A stretch of 64,000 nucleotides of DNA from Pachysolen tannophilus NRRL Y-2460 (taxonomy: Eukaryota): assembly GCA_001661245.1 (NCBI GenBank), contig KV454012.1, positions 950,848 through 1,014,847 of the forward strand, in the 5' to 3' direction. This document shows positions 21,768-31,604 of the stretch, in pieces. A model generated the notes under the pieces. The model searched no databases. It was not told the origin of the DNA and was given only the letters and a program-made list of their open reading frames with translations. Every line of letters starts with the position of its first letter. Position 1 is the first letter of the stretch. The translations under genes and the position numbers were made by a program.

Positions 21768-23066
21768 ATGTTTTTAGTATATTTATTACAGAAAAAAATT
21801 CAATCATTAGGAACTTTTCCAATTCGAATATTATTATTTTTTTTACTTTCACTTTGTTTGTGTATATTACATCTTAGGATTGAAGAAATTGATAATTCAT
21901 TTGATAATTCAATTTTATTTGAAAATTATCATGTTGGACCAAGATCTGCACATTTTTTTAAAAAAATGCGTAATCCAAATTATAATAATGTTGAAAATTT
22001 TTCTCAACAAGAAAATGATTATAAATTTTTAGGATCAAATGAAGTTGATATTAATGGGAATCAAACTGATTATGATGAACCACTTTTTGAATTAGAAAGT
22101 AAATTAAATCCAGTTTTCATTGAACATGGTGAATTAAATGTTAAATGTAATTTAGATACAAGATTTAATATGGGTTGTAAATTTATTGGTATTATTAGAA
22201 AACCAAAATATTATATTGATATTGTTACATTTAATAATTCATTTATTGATATAATGCCTTATCAATCAAAAAGTTTAAATTATAAACCAAATGTTTTTAA
22301 TAATCAAGATACTTTTTCACGTTTAGCAAGTTATTTTTTCATTTTTGAAAATTTACCAGGAGAAATTTATAGACATTCAACACTTGATAGTATTAGTCAA
22401 ACAGATGATTTTAAAAAAATTAGATCAAGAATTGAAGCATATTATAGAGAAGGTTTACAATGGAGAATTTGGACTGATTATATCTTATTATTAATTGCTT
22501 CATATTGTACTCTTGTTCATCTTACAATGTTAATTACAAAACAATCTGTAATTTTTTTCCAACAAAGAAATAATTTAAATCTTGTTATTGAAATTGAAAA
22601 TCAAAATTTTAATAATAATAATAATAATAATATTAATAAAAAAACAAAAAATGCTAAAAAATTTTTAAAAAGATTACAAACTTTTAGCAAATTTCATATT
22701 ATTCTTGTCTTGTTAAGTTATTTAATTCATAGATTTGTTAGTTTATTGAATTATATTATTCAAACTTTTATATTAAATGTTTTAACTGAAAATATAACTT
22801 TTAATTCAACAAAATATGGTTTAGAAAATTTTAGAGTTTTATCAATGATTATAAGTGTTGGATTTTATTTATTTTTTCTTTTATTATTACATCATATAAC
22901 TTTTAAAAATAGTTTAGTGGAATTTTTAACTCCACAATCATTTCAAGAAAATTTTAAAAAAAACAATTTAGAAAATAATGGTAATTATAAAGATGTTGAA
23001 GAAGCAATTGCTTATGATATTAGAAATTCAATGCTGGATCATGCTGCTGATCCAGAATATTGGTGA
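21768..23066 (+). CDS. Uncharacterised integral membrane protein (about 4 hydrophobic segments, one large loop after the first)
   Basis: 432-aa ATG-initiated ORF in very AT-rich sequence. One N-terminal hydrophobic segment, a ~200-aa Cys-containing loop, then three further hydrophobic segments. Confidence 0.7.
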   Translation: MFLVYLLQKKIQSLGTFPIRILLFFLLSLCLCILHLRIEEIDNSFDNSILFENYHVGPRSAHFFKKMRNPNYNNVENFSQQENDYKFLGSNEVDINGNQTDYDEPLFELESKLNPVFIEHGELNVKCNLDTRFNMGCKFIGIIRKPKYYIDIVTFNNSFIDIMPYQSKSLNYKPNVFNNQDTFSRLASYFFIFENLPGEIYRHSTLDSISQTDDFKKIRSRIEAYYREGLQWRIWTDYILLLIASYCTLVHLTMLITKQSVIFFQQRNNLNLVIEIENQNFNNNNNNNINKKTKNAKKFLKRLQTFSKFHIILVLLSYLIHRFVSLLNYIIQTFILNVLTENITFNSTKYGLENFRVLSMIISVGFYLFFLLLLHHITFKNSLVEFLTPQSFQENFKKNNLENNGNYKDVEEAIAYDIRNSMLDHAADPEYW

Positions 23067-23558
23067 TTAAAAATTAAAAAAATTTCTCTTTTCTTTTTTG
23101 CCCATTAGCATGACAATTCCATTTTTGGACTTTTCATTATTATTATCATCATCATTATCACCATATTATTGTTATCGTTACTGCTATATAATTTATATAA
23201 TCTATATAATCTCTAAAAACTTTGAAATGAAAGCTTTTCTTCTTTTTAATATGAAGAAGAGACAGAGAGAGATGATAATCCAAAAGTAGTTTCCAAAAAT
23301 ACAAAAATCCTAAAACAGATTTTTGAGTTGTAGTCACACTCCAAAAAAATCCCCCACCAAAGTCATTTTATGTTCTTTTGGATATAATTGTAAATGGTTT
23401 CAAAGAAACAAGAGAATAGAATAGAATAAAAGATTAAAAAGAAGTTGATCTATTGAATTTTCTGTTTTATCTGTTTTTATATATATATATATATACTGGG
23501 AAAAGTGTGAGTGAGTGAGTGTTAGTTTTTTTTTTTTTTTTTTTTTGTTGTTGTTGTA

Positions 23559-24065
23559 ATGTCTCGCTCGGTAACGACTGCACAAAGAAGATTATTAAAG
23601 GAATATCAACAATTAGCAAAGGATCCACCAGAAGGTATTGTTGCTGCTCCAATTAGTGAAGATGATTTATTTGTTTGGGAATGTTTATTAGAAGGACCTC
23701 CAGAAACACCGTATGAGAATGGAGTTTTCCAAGCCATTTTAAATTTCCCAAAGGATTACCCTTTATCGCCACCAACATTAAAATTTAATCCTCCAATATT
23801 ACATCCAAATATATATTCAAATGGTACTGTTTGTATTTCAATCTTACATCTGCCTGGTGATGATCCTTTACATTATGAAAGAGCAGAAGAAAGGTGGTCA
23901 CCAGTTCAAAGTGTTGAAAAAATCTTACTTAGTGTCATTAGTATGTTGGCGGAACCAAACCCGGAAAGTGGAGCAAATATTGATGCTTGTAAGTTATGGA
24001 GAGAAGATAGAGAAACTTATAATAAATTGGTTAAAGAACAAGTTAAAAGAAGTTTAGGATTATGA
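23559..24065 (+). CDS. UBC7: Ubiquitin-conjugating enzyme E2 Ubc7 (ERAD)
   Basis: [27 protein letters not shown]..[15 protein letters not shown] with the Ubc7-type acidic insertion, [16 protein letters not shown]. Confidence 0.96.
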   Translation: MSRSVTTAQRRLLKEYQQLAKDPPEGIVAAPISEDDLFVWECLLEGPPETPYENGVFQAILNFPKDYPLSPPTLKFNPPILHPNIYSNGTVCISILHLPGDDPLHYERAEERWSPVQSVEKILLSVISMLAEPNPESGANIDACKLWREDRETYNKLVKEQVKRSLGL

Positions 24066-24635
24066 AATTTAATTAGATTATTATTATTGTTGTTGTATGT
24101 ATGTGAGTATTTTTCTTTTTTTTATTTGTAGAACTAGAATTAAAAGAACTTTACAATTTTAAACTAAAAAAAAAAAAAAAAAAAAACCTCTTTTAATATT
24201 TTCTTTACCCATTTTTTTTGACATTTACCTTATTTCCATTCATCTTCTTTTATCTTTTCTTAATCATTTAAAAATTGAAATTAAAATTGAAACTTTTATT
24301 AAAAAGTGAAAAATTTAATGAGCCGCACAAAAACAAAGGAAAAAAATTGTTCCGAAATTTTTCAAAAAAAAAAATTGAAAAAAAAAGTTGAACGCGGACA
24401 AAAAGGTTTTTGTCCGCTAAATTATTAACTATTTTATTTTCAATTTTTTTTTCCTTTTACTTTATTTCTCTCCCTGTATCTGTATTAAGATTGAAATTAA
24501 TGCTAACTTGTATATAGTGAGCAGAGGATAGAAGGAGAAGAGGTTTTTTCTTTTTTTTTTTTTTTTTTTTTTGTTGTTGTTGTTTGTTTGTTTGTTTTTT
24601 TGTTGAAGAAGTTAGAAAGAAGAATCAAATTTAAA

Positions 24636-27600
24636 ATGACTGAAGAAAGTAAAACTGAAGTTCAAGAGAGTAAGTTTTTTCAATTTTTTTTTGATTTGTA
24701 GAAAAAAAAAAAGGATGTTTGGGTTACTAACAAAGATATGGATTTAGCTATTAAACTTGTTGTTGAATTACCTGGTAAGAAAGATTGTATTACATTACAA
24801 GCAGATTTATCTGAAAATATTTCTGGAATCAAACAAGTTATTTCTTCATTACCTCAATCAAGACAATTTACAAATTTTTCATTGACTTTTGATTCATTAA
24901 AACTTGACCAGTCGTTAACTTTATCTTCGATCATTGAGTTACTGAATTTACAAGATTTAAAAGAATTAAAATTTGGTTTAAAAGAAGATCCTTATACTGA
25001 ATCTTCAATAAGGGAACATGTGGTTAAAGTTAGAGAATATCTTGGTTTAGAATTAACAATTTTAAATAATTCTGCTGAAGGAGTCTCTACAGGGGTTTCA
25101 AAATTCCAAAATTTGGAATTATATGCAATTAAGGACCAGAAACAGAAACAAAAAGAAAATTCAAACTCAAAAGAAGTTGAAGAAAAACCTATAGTAGAAT
25201 TATCAGAAGATGAAAAATTAAAATCAATTGATTCTATTGAAAGTATATTTAAATCACAAGAATTTAAGTTGCATGCACCTAAACAACAGTTTAAATTGCA
25301 ACCAGCTTTGAAAACATTGGCTATTTCAATGTGGTTTCCTCCAACTTCAAATCAACGTTTAAAAGGAGATTTATTATATTTACAAGCTCAAACTTTAGAA
25401 GGTGATACTTTCCATATCACTGGTAATGTTAAAGGTTTTTTCATTAATAAATCTTCAAGTTCAAAATTTGATGGTTCAATAAGAATTATTCCTTCATCAA
25501 ATGGTAGGTATAAATTGAACAAATCTCATTCTTTATTAGAATTATTATCTGCTTTATCACCTTTATTAGTAGAACAATTAAAATCTAATATTGAAATTCA
25601 AATGAAATCTGAACCAGAAGTTTATTTTCCTCCAGGTAATACTTTATTATCAAATCCTTGGATTGTGAAAAATCCAGATTCACAATTAAGTGATCTTGGA
25701 AGATCCCAAGCAAATTATTTATTGGGTGGTCCAGATGCTGGTGATTTATTAAAAGAATGGAATGAAGATTATCAAAGTATTAGAGAATTACCTCACCTGA
25801 ATTTTTCTGAAAGAGTCTTGAGAGAAAAACTTTTAAATAGAGCTGGTTATGAATTCACTTTAGCTGCCGTTAATGGAGCAGTTTCAATTGTTAAAGGTGA
25901 ATTGGAACCTATGAATCCAGAAGAATCTGAAGAAAATCGTGTTTATTTACGTAACAATATTTTTTATTCCTTTGGTGTCGATTCAACTGAACAATTTAAA
26001 GAAACTGGTGGAAACGAAGCAGCTCGTGCAGCAGCTTTAAAAGATTTAGATTCAATCCGTTGCTTGAATAAAATCGACGCAAATGGTGTTCTGCATCTTT
26101 GTACTGTTGTCGTTGATTATTGCGGTAAACGTGTGATTTGTCAAACTCCAGTCCCAGGTATTTTTAACCAATCTCAAATTCAAGAAAATGAAGAGGTTTC
26201 AAATTCAGAAGAAAAACTGGGAAATGAAGCAAATGATGATGAAGCAAATGATCATTCAATCTCATCTGATAGAATTGTTTATGGTTTAACAGATGGTGCT
26301 ACTAAATTAGCTGCTGACAAGGAATTTCTTAAAAAATTTGCTCCAATTGGTGAAGCATTCCATATAAAACCTCATCAAGTTTGGACCACGGATGGTCAAG
26401 TTAAAGAAACTGTAGTTACTTCAGCTGAAACTAAAGGTTTAATTGGTTCTGATGGCCGTTCTTATATCATTGATTTATACCGTACTACTCCATTAGACAT
26501 TGAGTTTATTGATAATCATTTTAATCCAGAAACTGAAAATTCATATCCTCATCGTGAAACAACTTTAAGACATGAAGCTACAGAAGAATGGTGGAGACGT
26601 CAAGTAGCCGTTGCTATTAAAAAGGCTACAGATGAATTTGAATCTGAAAAGCAGAAAAAATTGGAAATGGGTGAAAAAATTGATGAAGAGGTTAAACCAA
26701 CTTTTACCGTTAAACCAAGTGATTTTGCTTTAAATCCTGATGCTTTTTCATTAAACAGAAAAGTTGTATCAAAAGAAGATCAAGGAGAATTGGAAAAAGA
26801 TGAACAAACAGTAAGAGAAGTTTCGAAATTTGTTTCTTTGGTTTTACTTCCAGAGTATATTGAGGAAGTTGCTTCAGCTAAGATAATGGCTCCAATTGAT
26901 GGTTGCCATTTAGTTTCAGTTTTGCATAAGCGTGGTATCAATGTCCGTTATTTGGGAAGATTAGCTTCTGAGGTTTTAAAAGTTAAAGAGAGCTATTTAC
27001 TTGAAGAACTGACTAAAAAACTCGAAATTAAAAAATTGAATGAAGAAGCAGAAGCAAAAGCTGCAAATACAGATGATAAAAAAGCTGAAGACGAAAAGAA
27101 AGAAGAAGAAAAAGAAGAAGAAGAAGAAGAAGAAGAAAAGGAAAAGCCTAAATCCTCATCAAACTTTACTCCTACAATTTCAGCTTTGGATAGTTTATAC
27201 CGTATTGTTATCCAGGAAATTGTTTGTCGTAGTGTAAAACACCTTTTGCGTTTGTACACTTCTTCATTACCATTGGTTTTAATTCCATCTGCTATTGCTC
27301 ATATCCATAACTGTCTCTTAGGTGACAAAGTTAACGGATCTCCTGTTGCAGTTGTTGACGAAGAGTTGAGAGATCTTTACAGTGACTCTGATTTTTCTTT
27401 TACTGAAATTACTCCGTCCTCATTGATTCAATCAATATCTAATGAAGCATTCATTCGTTACCGTTACGAGTTACCTGCTGGTTGGAAGGAAGAATTAATA
27501 AATCCAATTTCATTATTAAGAGAAATTGCTATCAAGTTTGGTATTCAATGGGAATCTCGTTCTTACGCTTTCACAAAGGAAGAATTTGAAACAACCCAAG

Positions 27601-28727
27601 TACAAAGTGGTATTTCCGAAGTTGATACTCAAGTTTTGAAAAATACCAAAAAGAAGGGCAAACATTCAAATACTTCTGCAGTAAATTCTGCTACCAATGG
27701 ATCCGAGGTAAAGCGCTCTACTACTTTTACACCAGAAGATATCATTTGCATACTTCCCGTGGTAAAAGACTCAATATTTCGCTCTTCAGTTGTTGAAGAA
27801 GTGTGGGAGCTCGGCCGCGAACGTATACAAACAGAAGAAGAACGCGAGTTTGGCCTTAATCTTTTAGTCGAATCAGTTCAATTCTATGAGCAGATATATG
27901 GTACCATTCACCATGAGGTCAGCAAAGCCTATGGTGTGTTAGCTCAAACCTACTTTGACTTGGGATTAATCGAAAAAGCATGTGAATATGCTCGTAAATC
28001 GGTTATCATTAGTGAACGTACTTTTGGATTCGACTCTTTCGAGACTTTATTAAGTTTGATCAACTCTGCATTTTTTGAGCTGGCTAACAATAATATCTCC
28101 AATGCATTTGTCATGTACAGCCGTGTTTTGAAAGAATGGAATCTTATTTTTGATGGCCATCATCCCTCGATCATTACGACTTTGAGTAATATTGCTTCTT
28201 TGTTGGATCAACACAAGTTGTACAAGCAAGCTATTCTTGTATTGAAACTGGCAGCTGACTTAAGTTCAAAGATCAATGGGGAAGAATCACAGATTACCGC
28301 AATGATCACTTATCAACTTGGTCAAAACTTCTTGATGGATAAAGATGTTCCATCTGCCATGGAAGAAATGAAAAAATCTTATGAAATTTTCAAAAATCGT
28401 GTTGGCGTCGATGATTTACTTACCGTTGATAGTAAAAAATGGTTGGACACATTAAAAGCATATTCTGCTCGTCTTTCTGAGATATCAGCTAGCCAGGGTC
28501 AGTTGTCTGCAACTCCACTGACTGGTAAGAAGAACAAGAAGAAGGGAAAGGTCATCCAAGAGCAACAACCTCAATCGTTAAAGCTAAATGCCAAAGCTAA
28601 GCAGCAAAATATTATCTCAGTGCCAGAGATTGCTAATCAATCTGTTGAAGATATATTGGCTTTCATCGAGGGAACACACAATGGTGGCAAGCAAAAGAAT
28701 GGCAAAAAGACAAATGCTAAAAAATAA
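24636..28727 (+). CDS. CLU1: Clustered mitochondria protein Clu1/Tif31; two exons, 24636-24669 and 24748-28727
   Basis: CLU-N (EDPYTE..IREHV), GDLLYL..TLEG, EWNEDYQSIRELP, TVVVDYCGKRVICQTPVPGI, C-terminal TPRs, SVEDILAFIEG. An upstream ATG exon joins in frame across a canonical intron. Confidence 0.93.
24670..24747 (+). other. Spliceosomal intron in CLU1 (78 nt)
   Basis: 5' site GTAAGT (24670), branch point TACTAAC (24725-24731), 3' TAG (24745-24747). The phase-1 join gives MTEESKTEVQETIKLVVELP. Confidence 0.88.
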
Positions 28728-29000
28728 CCACGTCTACCGTTTCTTTGAACTTTTCTTTGAACTTTTAAAGATAGAGAGAGATCTATGCTTCATAATCAAA
28801 CAACTTGTAAATAGAGTAGTTATTTTATTAAATTTTTATTATTATCAGTTACATTGAAGTTATAATACTATATTATCTAAATAAAAAAAACCAAAGTATT
28901 TCTTTATTCATTAATGTAAAATATGCGATTATAAATCAAACTAAATGTTAAATAACAAAAGCAAATGAAAAAAAGCTATACTCGATTTAAGTTTTTGTTT

Positions 29001-31604
29001 CTAATAAAGATCTGAATCCTCTTCAACATCACCATACATCCAACAACCTATATGCTTTCTTTTAGCCTCGTTTTCTAATTTGATCAATTCTTCCCATTCA
29101 GCTTTCAACAACTTTTCATAATCGTTTAGATCTTTTTTGACAATTGCCAATCCTTTTTCAACGAGTTGTCTATTTATTGAAACATTATTCTTTCCAGGAG
29201 CACTGACTACAGGGTAATCGTATAATACAACATTGCAATCAACATCAGGCTTTGAACTATCATTATACTTAACAGCAACTAATGAATCAGTTTCAGTAAG
29301 TTCAAACACAGTATCAATAAAATCATCCAAGTATGGAGGTGGTGGAACTTTCAATAAGGACAAATCTGCAGAATGCAATTGAGTGGGACAAGAAGATGTG
29401 GAATAATTAGATGGCAATTCATAAATATCTTTTGATGAAACTTTTTGGATAAGACCATAATCAATTCTTTGGACTTCATATTCAAATTTTGAATGCGACA
29501 AAACTTTGGCTCTGTAAAACTTCTCTGATTCTGGATCTTTTATAGCTATAACTTCATTTCTCTTAGGTGATCTAGATATTGCCATTTTTGACAGCAAATA
29601 TGAACGCATTGCATCTTGAATCTTTTTGAAATTTTCATTTTCTTCATTTTTCAAATGAAAGAAAATAGTTCCTGTCTTGGAAATATCTTTAACATCAACA
29701 TTAAGGAATTTTGGTTCCAATTCTAGTTTTTGAACTCTACTATTGATTTTGTCAACAGAGTTTTCTGCTGTTGAATCATAATGTACCCACAAACCAACTT
29801 TATTAGTTTGAGCCTCTTCCTGGGCTTGAGTTAATTCAGAAGCAAATCCAGTTTGATTAATCGATGGCTCATGAATCTTTGCCAAACCTTGGAGAAGCAA
29901 AGAATGTTGTAATGGAAGACTTTGATTTTGGGAAAATAAATTACCAACAAAAGCACCAGTGTTATCAGTTTTATAAACAGAGATGTTGACGTCTCTTTGC
30001 AAATATTTTTTAACAACGTAGTTCAATGCCTGTTTGGAGAGATCCAAATCATTATTTGATACATTAGCTAACCCTCCTAATACCAACACCATTCTTATTG
30101 ATTCACGAGGTAAGAAGATAACAAATCTATTGTATTTGATAACTTTTTCCACAATTGCAGGAATGCTATTTCTTGATTTAAAAGTGTTCAAAAATGCTGC
30201 AGCACGAGTTTTCTCTTCACTTGCCTCTATGACTTTACCCTTTTCTGGGGCCTTACCGTAAATACCTTTCTTATTTTTCTTTGCAGTTTCTTGTAATTCA
30301 ACGAGTAAATCCCAATTTGGTGCTCTATCAACATCTCCAGCTCTATGATTGATAACTGAAGCATAACCGGATTCCACAATCGATTCAGACAAATTTTTAC
30401 CATTTGACAAAGAAACGGTTACTAATGGTCTCTCTTCAAAATTTTCAGATTTTGGTCTGATAGCAACGATATTGAGAGATATCTTTTTACCAATAATCTT
30501 TTTACGAACAAACTCACGAGCATCTGAGATAAATGCAACAGTTGCTGGGTCATTTTGACGCGGCGAACGTAATGATGCCAATTGGACTGTTATTTCCTCA
30601 TCATTATCAAGGTAAACATTTAAAGTCTCAGCACTGATAACTTTGCTAACTACCGCTGAAAATTTAGCACCCACCTTGACCACTGATGATGATGAAATAG
30701 CCAGCGAATGAGTAGAAGATAAAGGCAGTGGAACCGCTGACCATTTACCTTTTTTAGAACTTTTTGCCTCTTGGAGTATATTACGTAAAACGGACATATT
30801 TGATGCTCCCAAGATAATAGATTGTCTATCATCCACTTCAGCTAAACCTTCTTTAAGTAATCTTTGTGAAAGATTGGTACCTGTATTTGAAGCAACATCT
30901 GAATCATTTGAAATCTGTGCAATTGGGATCCCATTGGACAATTCACCCAAGAAGTTAACCTTAATTTTATGAGCCATATAAAAAAGTTCAATATAGTATT
31001 TTACCTGTTGAGAGTAAGGCTCCACATCTGGAGCCCTCACACCAGCGATATTTACCAATAGCTCTGCATGTTCATATTTCTTCAACAACACTGTAATTTT
31101 CAATCTATCACCCGACAATACTCTTTCTACAATAGCATCATATGGCTTAACTTTAGATTTTTCCAATTCAGCTTCTGTTAACGAATTCCTAACTTCAACA
31201 ATTTTCACTTTATCATCCCATAAACCTAAACCACGGGTCTTAGCCAAATCTTCTGCATCTTTTAAATTAGATGCTTCCATTTCATCGACTCTGTCACGAA
31301 CTTTAGCACCACCATTCGCTACAATATATTGACCCAAATCTCCGTGAACTCTAGATTCACATTCACCAAACTCTCGTCCAGAAGCTGTAATATTGGAAAC
31401 TTTACATTTAACCACCTGATTAATCACGGATTCTCGCAAAAACTCTTTGGATTCAAAAGCATATTTCTCATTATTTCTTGGTGCCTGAATATGCGATAAC
31501 GTAACAATACGTTCAGTTGGTGAAGTTTTACCCTTATGGCCAGGATTCACCAAAACAAGAGTATCACCGGATAAAACGTTTATAACTTTACCAAAGAAAG
31601 ACAT
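29001..31604 (-). CDS. Tudor staphylococcal-nuclease protein (Tudor-SN/p100 family); first ATG at 31604
   Basis: Four tandem SNase folds (VLSGDTL, VLSGDRL, VISAETL, GAFVG; each ending in A...GLW/GIY), a Tudor region (FYRAKV...IDYG), and a terminal GCWMYGD. Symbol omitted because S. cerevisiae SND1 is an unrelated gene. Confidence 0.92.
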   Translation of the reverse strand: MSFFGKVINVLSGDTLVLVNPGHKGKTSPTERIVTLSHIQAPRNNEKYAFESKEFLRESVINQVVKCKVSNITASGREFGECESRVHGDLGQYIVANGGAKVRDRVDEMEASNLKDAEDLAKTRGLGLWDDKVKIVEVRNSLTEAELEKSKVKPYDAIVERVLSGDRLKITVLLKKYEHAELLVNIAGVRAPDVEPYSQQVKYYIELFYMAHKIKVNFLGELSNGIPIAQISNDSDVASNTGTNLSQRLLKEGLAEVDDRQSIILGASNMSVLRNILQEAKSSKKGKWSAVPLPLSSTHSLAISSSSVVKVGAKFSAVVSKVISAETLNVYLDNDEEITVQLASLRSPRQNDPATVAFISDAREFVRKKIIGKKISLNIVAIRPKSENFEERPLVTVSLSNGKNLSESIVESGYASVINHRAGDVDRAPNWDLLVELQETAKKNKKGIYGKAPEKGKVIEASEEKTRAAAFLNTFKSRNSIPAIVEKVIKYNRFVIFLPRESIRMVLVLGGLANVSNNDLDLSKQALNYVVKKYLQRDVNISVYKTDNTGAFVGNLFSQNQSLPLQHSLLLQGLAKIHEPSINQTGFASELTQAQEEAQTNKVGLWVHYDSTAENSVDKINSRVQKLELEPKFLNVDVKDISKTGTIFFHLKNEENENFKKIQDAMRSYLLSKMAISRSPKRNEVIAIKDPESEKFYRAKVLSHSKFEYEVQRIDYGLIQKVSSKDIYELPSNYSTSSCPTQLHSADLSLLKVPPPPYLDDFIDTVFELTETDSLVAVKYNDSSKPDVDCNVVLYDYPVVSAPGKNNVSINRQLVEKGLAIVKKDLNDYEKLLKAEWEELIKLENEAKRKHIGCWMYGDVEEDSDLY

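Noticed and set aside
23850..23852. CUG=Ser (Candida-type code) as the explanation for misplaced CTG codons
   Set aside because: Ser fits UBC7 and one SEC18 site, but not the ATAS motif of ATG18, the YxAI motif of PRP45 or the STVAAE internal repeat. Ala fits all of them.
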